NCBI GenBank assembly: GCA_964106645.2
Contig: OZ067040.1
Strand: one strand, 5' to 3'
Length of the DNA: 64,000 nucleotides
DNA from: Podarcis pityusensis
Lineage: Eukaryota
The notes under the pieces are model-generated. The model had not been told where the DNA came from and searched no databases. It was given only the letters and a program-made list of their open reading frames with translations. The translations under genes and the position numbers were made by a program. This document shows positions 49,771 to 61,935 of this stretch, one piece after another; positions within the stretch are counted from its first letter, which is position 1, and each line of letters opens with the position of its first letter.

Positions 49771-52237
49771 TACTTAAGTATGCAACTTTGGCTTACTCTT
49801 GTGACAGCACTCATTAAAAGACAATGCAGGGCTGCATTCTGTATAGGGGCAAGATAAACATTTCACTGTACCAGCTTTTGAAGTCACTCTTATCAAGCCA
49901 GTTTTACATCTCTAGTTGGGAGGAACCCCAGGACAGATTTTGGGTGTGGAGAGGGAGGGGGAAGGTTCCACTGTGCAAGCCAGAGTGTTTGTGATAACAG
50001 GACAGCTTTGTTGCATACAACCCAAATATTTTATCAATAGGGAACCAATAAAATGCATTGCATTAAATTCTTAGTGCAATGAAATGTAGCTGCTTAAACT
50101 GTACACTGATGTTCCAGCACTTTAATGCTATTCTGGTTTTATAGTGAAGGTACACAAGGCCATAAACTTGTGGGAGCTAAGTAAGTCTGGTCAATGTTTG
50201 GATATCTGACTTTGGTTACCTAATGGAAGAAAGGCAAACTATAAATGTAATTAAAATTTTAAAAATAACTAAATATTAGGAGGCTGTTCATTGTACCCTA
50301 CTTAGTCATGTTTTACTGACAGAAAAGGGCAAGGAATGGTTTTTTTAAAAAATGGTATTTCAGCTATCTATTTTCTCTTCAAATATTATCCATTAATGTT
50401 TACTGATGCATCAGTTTAGAATAGATTGTTTATTAGCCAAAGTATTAACTTTATTTGTTAAAACAGGAGAGAGAATCTGAGCACCTGCTGGTTAAAATGT
50501 TTCTATGTAATAATCTAAGGAGTGGAAAAGATTGCACCTTTTTGTTGCAAGTTTACTTAAGGGTTTCTCTGTTAAAGATCTTTCTTTTCAAAGCATGCCA
50601 CCAAACATCTATATAGTGCAGAATACCAGGAGGACCCAGAGGTGACAAAGTCCCTTGCTTACCAGCCATGCAGTTTAAGTGCACACTCCACTGCCTACAC
50701 TTTAATGCAAAAGACTGGCTCGGTAGTACACTGTGTATTGAATTCAACATAGCGCTAAGGTGATTGTTCAGTCAGGCAAGCATAACCCAACTGTTCTTGG
50801 GGTTCTCCTGACCCTCCACAGCAGATTTGGGAAGTGGGGGAGGGAGGGGGGCAAGTCCTGCTGTGCTAGGGGGGACTGTTGCGCTGGCTTCTACTAGTGC
50901 AATGATTTAGTTGAATATAGCCCTATGTTTTCACTATCGCTTTCTCAGTGTGCAATCTGATCAGATATCTCAACTTGCTTCCATGCTGCTTGCCCCAAAG
51001 TTGGTAACTGAGAACACATTGCTATAATGAGTGTGTGTGTCATTATTTTCCTCTTGAAAACTTGTCAGCTGAAAAACGTGCTCTGAATGACAAGATGTTC
51101 ATTTGTGCACTTGAGAGAATTGGAAAAATTGAGGGGGAATTCTATAATTGGAGAAGTTGTATCGTTAGTTGTGTTTGGATGTGTGAAAACTTTCTCATAA
51201 TAACCTTAAGCACAATGGTAAAGTAGGCTTTATTTCAGTATAATTGCATTATAAAGGTCATTTGCACTGAGTCCAATAGGAAAACAGTATTCTCATTTCC
51301 TGCTTTACATTCCAGACTACTTTCAGTTGATTCTGACAATTGGTTCTAATTATATAATGTGTTAGGGTAGCATACATGTTTATTATTTAATCGCCATGTG
51401 TACTGTACTATTCAGTGCAATATTTTTGCATATGTTGGGCTTTATTATACTGTATTGGTGTAGTAGATGGGAAAAAGTCCCACAGCTAGCTAGCAGCACT
51501 TTATAATATAATAACAATGCTTCCCACCCCCCACCCCGTAGCTGTTTTGGCAGCTGGTGGTAGTTTAATTTTGATAAGTTTGACATAAAGAATGGAATGT
51601 GTTCATTTTTGGAGGCCAGAAATATCAGAGGGAAAGTTTAAGGGGAAATGAGACAATGACACACTCCGATTTTGGGCACTGAAGTTTTGTTCATTCTCTC
51701 CTCCAGAACATTTTAAAATTCTTATTTACTGATGTGCAATGTACAATGTCTGTGGCAGCATGGGCTGCTCTGTTATTTGCAGTGCAAAAGCAACTTTGAA
51801 CCAGAATTGCAGTGGAATTCGTTGACTATCCACAAGAATATGTCTAAATTAGAATGGGAGGAAGCCATCATGAGGAAGTAACAATATAGGCGGGGGAAGC
51901 ATACTTTTAACATACTTGCCCTTTTAGAAAACCTGGCACCTTCATTATATACCTTTAGGCACTGGGCAAAAACTTTTCCTTTATAACCAGGCCTTTGGCC
52001 TTGAACTATCTGTGGCCTTTTAGAAGTGGGTGGGATGATGCTTTTAATGTACCTTTCTTGGTTTTCATGTATCTGTGGGATTGGGGGGCATTGTTTGCTT
52101 GTAAGTTGCTTTGGGTTGTCTTGAGCAAGAAAAAATGACTAACAAATGTAGTAATAATAATAATAATAATCCATCCTAATAGACCAGCCTCCACTGGTGT
52201 ATATACTATTTTGCTATATACTATTTTGCCAGTTAAT

Positions 52238-52593
52238 GGGACGCGGGTGGCGCTGTGGGTAAAAGCCTCAGCGCCTGGGACTTGCCGATCGAAAGGTTGG
52301 CGGTTTGAATCCCCATGGCGGGGTGCGCTCCCGTCGCTCGGTCCCAGCGCCTGCCAACCTAGCAGTTCGAAAGCACCCCCGGGTGCAAGTAGATAAACAG
52401 GGACCGCTTACTAGCGGGAAGGTAAACGGCGTTCCGTGTGCTGCGCTGGCTCGCCAGATGCAGCTTGTCACGCTGGCCACGTGACCCGGAAGTGTCTGCG
52501 GACAGCGCTGGCTCCCAGCCTCTAGAGTGAGATGAGCACACAACCCTAGAGTCTGTCAAGACTGGCCCGTACGGGCAGGGGTACCTTTACCTT
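52238..52593 (+). mobile_element. Full-length Sauria SINE
   Basis: GGGACGCGGGTGGCGCTGTGGGT head, (ACCTTT)n tail, 15-bp TSD tattttgccagttaa (52222-52236 / 52594-52608); CpGs retained. Confidence 0.93.
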
Positions 52594-52643
52594 TATTTTG
52601 CCAGTTAACCAATCCTAGCTGAATCATTTCCAAAGCTTCTCAT

Positions 52644-53102
52644 CAGTGGCGTAGCGTGGGGGGGTGCAGGGGGGGCCGGCCGCACCAGGCGCAACATCTG
52701 GGGGGGGCGCTCGCACTCGCAGCTCTCTGCCCCTACCTGGCTCACTCACTCTCTCTCACTGCAGTGCTGGCTGTGCGAATCCGATCCGAGCCGCTGGGTC
52801 GCCGCCCACTGTGGAGGGGGTGGGTGCCAGGCGTGCGGTGCGGAGAGAGAGCGAGGGACTATCTGGGGGAGGGACAGTGCAGCGGTCGCCCAGCGCAGCG
52901 CTGAGCACGGGAGAGAACCACACCAGACCAGACCAGGCAGCAGCAAGAAGAAGCTGGCAGCGGCGGCAGGTTAGGGGTTAGGGGGCGCAAATTACTTGCC
53001 TTGCCCCAGGTTAGGGGGCGCAAATTACTTGCCTTGCCCCGGGTTAGGGGGCGCAAATTACTTGCCTTGCCCCGGGTGCTGACAACCCACGCTACGCCGC
53101 TG
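52644..53102. mobile_element. GC-rich hAT MITE with internal 33-bp x3 tandem repeat
   Basis: 17-bp TIR (16/17) cagtggcgtagcgtggg; perfect 8-bp TSD cttctcat. Confidence 0.92.
52976..53074. repeat. 33-bp tandem repeat x3
   Basis: ggttagggggcgcaaattacttgccttgcccc(a/g) x3. Confidence 0.95.
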
Positions 53103-53531
53103 CTTCTCATACCCATGAGGTCTGGCTGCTTTATTATACTGATCATATCTTATTACTTGTTCTCCATTCTCTTACAGCCAGGAAAACTGTCAGCTCACAT
53201 TCCTTATCTAATCCATTGCTAGAAAGTTTTGGCATGCCTTTGTACTGATGTGAAGGCTTTCCTTTCCTCAGGAGAGTCCCTCTTCTTGCTTTTTTCATTA
53301 CTAGCCAGCCATCTTTGCTCTTATTCAGTTCACTCAGAAAGGAATGCAAGGAGGGAGTATTACAAAGTGGAAAGGGGCTAATTTCAGAGTTTCATGGAAC
53401 TATCTGAAAAATAAATGCCTGTAGGAAGAAAATAAAATGTTAACCCTGGTTTATCATTTCCCACTTTAATATATAAAAATAAAAAAAAATCCTTCCAGTA
53501 GCACCTTTAAGACCAACTAAGTTAGTTCTTG

Positions 53532-53569
53532 GTATGAGCTTTCGTGTGCAAGTACACTTCTTCAGATAC
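53532..53569 (-). ncRNA. Minimal hammerhead motif, antisense copy
   Basis: Exact reverse complement of 53654-53691. Confidence 0.7.
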
Positions 53570-53653
53570 ACTGAAACAGAAGTTGCCAGATCCTTCTATA
53601 TAGTGATTATAGTGATTCACTATATAGAAGGATCTGGCAACTTCTGTTTCAGT

Positions 53654-53691
53654 GTATCTGAAGAAGTGTACTTGCACACGAAAGCTCATAC
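53654..53691 (+). ncRNA. Minimal type I hammerhead ribozyme motif (Penelope-associated)
   Basis: gtat-CTGAAGA-a-gtgt(acttgc)acac-GAAA-gc-TC-atac: stem I gtat/atac, stem II gtgt/acac, palindromic AGCT in place of stem III. Confidence 0.7.
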
Positions 53692-56146
53692 CAAGAACTA
53701 ACTTAGTTGGTCTTAAAGGTGCTACTGGAAGAATTTTTTTTTATTTTGACTATGTCAGACCAACACGGCTACCTATCTGTAACTAATATATAAAAGTGAT
53801 TCTAATTCTGTTGTGCGGTAAGGTATTAGAACTTGTAGACCGTGGAGCTCCTGCTTCCATGTGGAGGTGCTTTTTGCTTGCACACCGTTGTGCTAGTTGT
53901 CTGTCACTATGACTGGACCAGGGCACAAATATTTTGCATATACTTGCTTAATTGTTGAACACTTTTCTGCCTTAAGTACTCTAAGCACAACTGCTTTCAG
54001 TAGATTAGGGCTTCATCTTTTAGTTTTTTGACTGCTTCTTAAAGAGTGTCAGCAGCTGGGAAAAGTAACCCAGCAGAATGAAGGAAAAACTATTCTGCTG
54101 CGCCTCAAATTTTTTATGAATTCCAGATAAGTTTACAATCATTATGAGATCTCTTCACTTTGTCAGAGTTCACTGATCATCTGGAAACTCTGCTTTCTTA
54201 CGGTTTGAAGGCAGCTTTTTAGAGGGAAGAAACTGATGACAGAAATGATGCAACATATAGTCTGATATATTTTCAAAGATGTTGAGGTGCTATCAGCACA
54301 CATCTTGGGTAGCTGTTTGAATGAGAATTTGGAAGATCATTTGGTGGCTTCGAAAATCTGATTGAACTAATGCTATATTTTGGCTCTGAAACTTGTCCTA
54401 TTCATCATTTGAACACAAGCGTGATCAAAGCAAAAAGCTCTATTTCAAAACATTTTATATGTAACCATGATCTTCACTTTCATCACAACCAAACCAATTT
54501 AGTTCAGTAGCAGTTCTTTTGGGGGCGAGTGGAGGGGACCCATCTGTTTTAAATATTGATAACTAGATCAGGCATTGAGGGTCAGCATAGTCTATCATCT
54601 GCTTACTCCTATATCTTGGCTCACCAAGTTTAATCTTATGACCATGTTATGACATGCACAGATTACACAACCTCAAAACAATGGGGAGTTTCAGTTTGGT
54701 GAAAGGGTGAAACCATTTCTAAATATATTGGAAGTTGTCAGCACCACTAAGCTTACTCCTTTCCTTTGGATGCCAGACAGGGCATGGAAAGAAGGAAATT
54801 AAAGGACAGCAACTTCCTACATTTACCAAACCAACTGCTCACTACTGTTTATCCTGTTAGCCGCTCCAAGACTCCCCATGGCAACAACACTGGTGGCAAA
54901 TTTGCCACAAGGATAGTGACACGTCTAGATAGGCAGGTTTGTAGCCACTGCTGCTGTTAAATCACTGATCAATCTGTTGTCTTGTGCATTCAGTCTCAAC
55001 TCATCCCCAGTTGCTGCCTGACAGGTCAGGCTCTGCTTCATGTGCAGTGAATGTGTATTTTTGCCAGCTTGCTGCTGTTTCTACTCACTGCCACAATCCT
55101 TTTCTCCTTGCTGCAGCCAGACTTACAGTTGACCATCCAGCAATGGTTTTTGTAAGACTTTACACTTCGTTACCCAGAGGGAAAGCGTGAGCAAACACCA
55201 CGGAGCAGCCACAGAAGGCTGGCAAAAATCACTGCTGGGTGGTTGAATGACAAGTCAATTGAGTCTGTTTGAAGGAAGGAGACTGGGGTGGTGGCAGCTG
55301 TTAATACTCTGCTTTGACTAGTCCACCCTCCCCCTCTAGGCAGTGAGAGGGGACGGGGGTGTCACATTTTAAGGTTCGCAGAGTGTGTCTTGCTTGAGTG
55401 CCCTAGCTTTTCAGGGTTAATTATGAGAGTGTACTTGTTGTTTGTCATTTTCCATTGTAATCCCTTAATCTCCAACAAATGACCCCCCCCTCTCTCTCTC
55501 TCTATATATATATATATGTCAGAATGAAAGTTCTAAAGGCTGACACAGTCCAGATGACATCCCAATATGGGGTCCATAAGAATTGTAATGAAGCTGTAGC
55601 TGTACTTTACAGTTCTTTCAATGGTGTTTTTTAAAACCAAAAAAAACCCCTTACAGTGATCTTGGGGGGAGTCTGAAGAGAAGATGTATTTGCAAATGTA
55701 GTAGAAACGAGGGAGAATGAGTGAGTTGTGCTTATCTTTGCACTGGACATAGGAAGATGGGCTTCCGGGAGACTCACACTAAAGTACCAGTCATTGCAGG
55801 CCATTAAATTCGGTGAGTTTCCATTATTAATACTTATCTCTTATTCAGCTGATCACATTATTACAGGTATCTGACATAGTCTGTAAAATGTTTTGGGTAT
55901 CAATCATTAAATCAGATCATTTTATCTATGCTGTGCCTACAGATGTTGGCGTAGAGGCAAACCAGATCACGTTTCCTTCCTTTTTTGAGAGCATAAAGCC
56001 AAGAAGGAAGGGAGAGTCTCTTTAAACACTGATGTGGGTGAGAGGTGGTCTGACCTCAAAAGCAATTTCACCTGGCCCTTTATGACGCTAACATATTTTA
56101 ATTAATCAATGCTAAAAAGAATTTCCAGTGTTTCACTTGTACAGAA

Positions 56147-56336
56147 AAGGGAAAGAGCTTTAAGTTGGTGGTTGACCACCTGCTTTGCACACAGGTGCCA
56201 GGGTCAGTCCACAGCATCTCCAGGTGAGGCAGGGAATATCCTGTCTGATACCCTGAAGAGCTGCTGCCATCAGCATAGACAATACTGAGTTGGATGCATC
56301 CGTGGTTGGACTCAGTATAAGACAGCTTCCTTATAT
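56147..56336 (+). mobile_element. tRNA-derived squamate SINE (same family as 27554), diverged
   Basis: ctgctttgcac...cagcatctccagg...gacaatactgag...tcagtataagacagcttcct. Confidence 0.72.
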
Positions 56337-58447
56337 TTCAGTCATACTTTCTTTCCCTACCCTTCAGGGCCTATGCATCTAACCAAATGTTCCTCCACTG
56401 CCCACTTTGCAATCACCATGTGCCTGGGATCCATAAAGAATGTTTTCTGTTGAAGCATACATTAAACACCCACACAGCTTCCTCACCTTACTGAACAGTA
56501 AGTTGGAAACCTAGGTGGCAGGCTAACTGATCCAGGGTGAGAGACTGGGAGAAGAAGTAGGTCCCCAGCTGGGAGATGGGAGGGTCTAACTCTCTGCATG
56601 CAGATAAATGACAGGATATATTTGCTATAAATATGGTATATGCCTTATAGGTATCCCGGCCCCCCTTTCTCTCCTTTCTGTTTTCTCTGGTTTTTTTATT
56701 TTGGCTTTTTAATATTCTTGTTCTGTAAACTAGTTTGATTCTTATGTATTTTATGTCAAAAAAATTCAATAAAAATATTCATAAAAAAGAAAAAGAAACT
56801 TAATGGTGGGGCCATTGGAATTTGGTGCTTGGAATTTGGAAGCATTTGTTTATCAGGAATATCTCCTTAGAGAAACGAAAGGAAGGAGCTGTAAGTGCAT
56901 TAGAAATATTTTTTAAAACCCATGCTCTAAAGTTATCCAGAATGCAGGAATGCACCTCCTGAAAAGCAAAACAAAGCACAACAGATCAAAGGTGAATTTT
57001 AGTTGTGAAAGACTTGAGTCATGGGATACTTGAAGGAGATATAATTGAATGTTTATAACATTTATGTACTAGATCACATTCAGATTTGTCAGTTGATTTT
57101 CATTTCCGTGAAATGTCAGATGGTGTTTTTGTGCTCAGTTCTGGTCATGACACTTAAAAAAAAAAAAGACTAAAGTGGCTTTGGAAGAGAGCAAGGAAAA
57201 GGAGGAGGCAATTGGAATGCAAGGCATGCATGAAGATTATGACAACAGGTATGTTTAGGCTAGAAGAAAGAACGTTAAAAGTGAACAACAACCAGAAAAC
57301 CTAAAATTCTGTATTAGAAGTACCTAAAGTATTATCTCATTTGGTTCCTTGGTTTGCTCTAAAACCTCTTAATGATGCATTTGTTTGTGTTTGGCCTTTG
57401 CAAGATGACTGTTGCAGAATGTTAATTCTCTACCATAATATCATTTTCCTGGCTTGGTAGCCAAATGACCTCCTAACATATTTTAGACTTCCTGCTTTAG
57501 CTGTAATTCAGTTTACTTCTCTATCTTTAGCGAGTTACTCCTCATGATTTGCTTTTCTGCTTTTTACTGTAGTTGGCAAAGAAAAACAATCAATGTGTCA
57601 CATGGCACTGCTTAAGATGTAATCCTTCAGATATAAACAGAATAGAAAAGTAACTCCAGGTAATCTATCTCAGTAATTCAAGTAAGTAGCTAGCTTACGT
57701 TATACACTGTATAAAATTGATGCCACTACTGCTGCTACTACTAATGATAATAATAAATAAGAGAACAAACAATACATATTTAGAAAGGACATGTGTGTGT
57801 GTGTCTTTTTAAAAGTTCAACATATTATTAAATACAGTGTTATTAAAGGAGAAAGAAATGGACAGCTGTACAAATAACTTACATTTTACTAGTTGGCCAT
57901 TTTAGTCCCTAAATGTTGATTAATCATTTAAATCTGATAAATACCATAAATATGTTTTTTGAAATGCAGCAGGTGCTGCTACAGTAGACTGCCTTGCCGT
58001 ACACTTTCAGGTATCCAGAGATTGACCTGAGCAATTAATGATCAAGTTGCATTCTCACATGATACAAGCTCCCACTGATGCCTTACAGTATCCTCCCTCA
58101 AACATACCAATGCAGGATGTGATTTGGAGTGGTTCACAGTGTCAGGGGACTCCTAGTCTTGACTCTGAGATAAGAGTAGATATACCATTGATCTGGTACC
58201 TGACAGCAGAACCCAGATTCCACGTATGAAATCTAACTTTTACCATCAAAATTAGTTCTTCTTGATTTGATAGCATTCGCTGATTGTCTAGTTTGACAAT
58301 GTCACTAACTTACGTTTGAATATCTAAATGTTCAGTTCACTAGTACTAGCTGATACTGTTTTACAATGTGGTTGCCACACCCTATAGTTTTTTGGTTCAG
58401 TCTAGTCTGTAAGTCACCGGCGTGTTCAGTGTTATGAAAGCAGGTTA

Positions 58448-58543
58448 GAAAGGACCAACCCCTTGCAATGCAGGAATCTTTCACCCAATTTTTTCACCCA
58501 CAACCCTGAAATTAAGTCTCATGCTCAACCAACTGAGCTATCC
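58448..58543 (-). mobile_element. tRNA(Lys)-derived SINE (family of 15539)
   Basis: gcaatgcaggaatcttt...gtctcatgctcaaccaactgagcta is the reverse complement of the 15539 element. Confidence 0.7.
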
Positions 58544-58740
58544 CTCAGGTCACAATGTCGCATTAGGATCCTTTTATTCCAACAGGCTTCATGTGTGTGA
58601 AGTATTCCAGTAGTACCCTTGGATAAACCCCATTCATTTCTCTCCCATATACACACTGAGGTGGCTGCCCACGCAGTGCAGCCACAAGCAACAATAAGTT
58701 GTTTTTACAGCTCAGTTTTCTGTTTTATAAAATCAATATA

Positions 58741-58966
58741 CAGTGGTACCTTGGGTTACATACGCTTCAGGGTACATATGCTTCAGGTTACAGACTCCAC
58801 TAACCCAAAAGTAGTACCTCGGGTTAAGAACTTTGCTTCAGGATGAGAACAGAAATTGTGCTCCGGCAGCACGGCAGCAGCAGGAGGCCCCATTAGCTAA
58901 AGTGGTGCTTCAGGCTAAGAACAGTTTCAGGTTAAGAACGGACCTACAGAACCAGAGGTACCACTG
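58741..58966 (+). mobile_element. MITE family A, copy 5
   Basis: CAGTGGTACC TIRs, TA TSD, same orientation as 6090. Confidence 0.9.
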
Positions 58967-59874
58967 TACCTTCTCTTCTCTGTTCTGTTAATCTGACATC
59001 ATTATTTTAAATCATAGTTTTGTTCAACCAAGGTTTGGCATCAGCCTGCCTATAGCCTGAAAAATAAACTTGCAGGAGGCAATTTCAACTTTTATTCCTC
59101 TCCATGTTAGCATAGCCCCTTTCAGAAGCTGGCGTAATGCTAATAGAGAGAAAGCCACGCCACTGGATCCTTCCATGTGGCCCAGGTCTCCTGGCTCCCT
59201 TGGTGGTATGAGGAGGTGCCCTGCTGCCGCTGTTCCTAAATCACAAAGGTAATGTTGAGAAAGGACTTTAAGTGAGGTCAAAGCAGGAACGCGAGAGAGA
59301 ATGTGCTTCGTATTTTTTCTACTATACTATTTTCCTCTGATTGAATAAGATATTCCTTCCATGGGATGCTGCTGTCAAAAGAGTAAGTTAGTTAATTTTT
59401 ATTAGCTTCCATTTAATTGAATTTTGAGAGAGAGCTCTGATTACAAATGCAGTACAGGAAAAACAGAAGAGGAATGCATTACACAGCTATCCAAACAGAT
59501 ATATTAGTTCCAATCTTTCCCCTCCATTGTGCAGGAAATTATAGCTATCTGTTTGGCAAAGGGAGATAAATATACTTATTGGAGCATTAATGTTGACTCA
59601 AGGGGGTATGTGAACCGCCCCCCACAAAAGGATGAATATGGATATAGACTTTAGGTTACACGAGTACAAGTTAACCTTTTCTCTTTCAGAAACATGGTAA
59701 AAAAGCAAAATAAAAACATGCCATTATCTCCATGTTGTTAGCATATAGTAAGAGAAAGTCAAAATGATTTACTGTTTTACTGTGCTAAGCTGTTTCTGCA
59801 CAGGGCACACATTTTTGCATTTCAGTAGTGGTTGTTTTAAATATACAGTACCTCAAATGTAAATCAAATTATAG

Positions 59875-60780
59875 AAAGCTGGATTGTGATTATGGGACCA
59901 AACCAGCCTTGGTTGCCCTAACGTATGGCCTTTATTGGAATAAGCACAGGGGAGTGCAACCCTGTTATTGTTCCTTGTTCTCTCACCAGCTTTTGATAAT
60001 ACTGACTGAGCCAGCTTAGTGAGATGGGTGTTGGAGACAATTAAGCAGTGGTTCCAATACTATTTTCAGGGTCAGTTTCAGAGGACAGCAGTGGGTGATT
60101 TTCTTTTGCCCCCCTGGCTGTGCTGTGAGGTTACATGATGCCGGGTGTCAGTGGTGGGCTGGATAAGGGCCAGTAAACTGATTCTGAATCCTGGTAAGGT
60201 GGAGGCACAATGGATGGATGCTTCCTGTATCAGGATAATTGGACAACTGCCTGCTTTTGAGGTTTGCAGTCTGTGGGTGCTTCTGGGTCTCCTTTGGCTG
60301 ATAAGACAGCGACAGCTGTTTCTCGGCCAAGATAGCCTGACCACTGTTGTCCATGTGCTGGTAACCTCCAGGCTGGATTACTACAATGCACTCTAGGTGG
60401 GTTGCTGCAGCTGGTGCAAAATGCAGTGACTCAACTGCTCACTGCAGCAGGATATTACCACATTACCCTGCTGTTGAGAAAATTGCATTGACTGACAATT
60501 AGCTACTGTTTCTGGTTTTGGTGTATAAAGTCCTTTACAATTTGGGTCCAGGATACCTGAAAGATTGTCTCACTCCTTTCATACCTACTCAGTCTACTCA
60601 GAGGTCTGTTCCACACAACGCAGGAATCATAGCCATGGGAATCCCCTGTCCCTGAATATTAGACAGGTACTCTCTCTGTTGTTTCTTCTGTCTACTGAAG
60701 TTCTTTTTCTTTCACAAAAGAAAGCTGAGATCTTTCCCAGTCCGCATGTGTATTGGAATGGTTTTTAAGATTTTTTCCCA
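59875..60780 (+). mobile_element. Degraded L2 ORF2 fragment
   Basis: GTKPALVAL and LTTVVHVLVTSRLDYYNAL remnants; boundaries approximate. Confidence 0.72.
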
Positions 60781-60949
60781 AGATTTTTTTTAAAAAATAA
60801 TTTTTCATTTTCTAATACACAGAAATAATAATAATTGCCATAAAGGAGAGAGAGAGAGAGCGTGCACTTGTTACTTGCCACCTTCGGCTCCTCTGGGAGG
60901 ATAAAATAGGATAAAAATAATAATTAATAAATGACTAATGTAATGCATT

Positions 60950-61935
60950 TTTTATTTATATTTTTGTTGTTGTTGTTGTTATGCCACCCTATACCCGGAA
61001 GTCTCAGGGCAGTTCACAGAATTAAATCAAAATATAAAACCACAAAATATATAATCATAATAAAAACAACCCAATAACATCCCCCCCAAAAAACCCACAT
61101 TTTAAAAGGGTATAGGATGTCAATCAAATCAACCAAAGGCCTGGTTAAAAGGGAACATTTTTGCCTGGTGCTTAAAGGTGTATAATAAAGGCACCAGGCA
61201 AACTTCCCTGGGGAGAGCATTCCACAGACAGGGAGCCACTGAAGAGAAGGCCCGTTCTTGTGTTGCCACCTTCTGGACCTCTCGAGGAGGAGGCACACAG
61301 AGGACGGCCTCAGAAGGTGATCTCAGGGTCCAGGTAGGTTCATATGGAAAGAGGCGGTCCTTGAGGTATTGCAGTCCTGAGCTGTTTAAGGCTTTTTAGG
61401 TCAAAACCAACACTTTGAATTGGGCCCAGAAACTAATTGGTAGCCAGTGCAGTCGGACTAGGATCGGTGTAATATGCTCAAACCATCTTGCTCTGTTGAG
61501 CAACCTGGCTGCTGAATTCCACACTAGCTGAAGTTTCCAAACCATCTTCAGAAGCAGCCCTATGTATAGTGAATTGTAGTAATCTAACCTTGAGGTTACC
61601 AGCAGGGGCGTACGAATGTGGGGCGGGCCGCCCCAGGTGCTACCCTGGGGGGGTTACAAGATGGCCCACTGCCTCCCCCTCCATCTGTAGAGCAGCCGAG
61701 GGCACGTGCGTGCCGTCCGTACAGGCTGCCGCTCAAGCATCGTCCATATGGGCACCACGCGTGCGCAGCTGGCAATTTGCCCTGCCCCACCGCACCCTGG
61801 GTGCCAGAGAGGCTTCCTCCACCACTGGTTACCAGAGCATAGATATCAATAGTTCAGCTATCCCTATATAGATAGGGGCATAGCTGGGCCACCAGCTGGA
61901 GCTGATGGAAGGCACCCTGGGCCACTGAGGCCACC
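60950..61935 (-). mobile_element. L2 3' fragment containing a nested hAT MITE
   Basis: gagcattccacag (LWNAL), ggtcaaaaccaacactttgaa and aatctaaccttgaggttaccag (VTSRLDY on the minus strand); simple-repeat tail near 60950. Confidence 0.8.
61603..61827. mobile_element. GC-rich hAT MITE nested in L2
   Basis: Perfect 8-bp TSD gttaccag (61595-61602 / 61828-61835); ends caggggcg / ccaccactg. Confidence 0.85.

Larger units (their letters stand above)
53479..53783. mobile_element. Penelope-like element remnant as inverted pseudo-LTR palindrome
   Basis: 131-bp arms (53476-53606 / 53617-53747, 1 mismatch), tail agaccaacacggctacc, 12-bp TSD taatatataaaa (53467-53478 / 53784-53795). Confidence 0.85.

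Noticed and set aside
52976-53074. CRISPR-like 33-bp repeats
   Set aside because: No spacers, eukaryotic context, and it lies within a hAT MITE.
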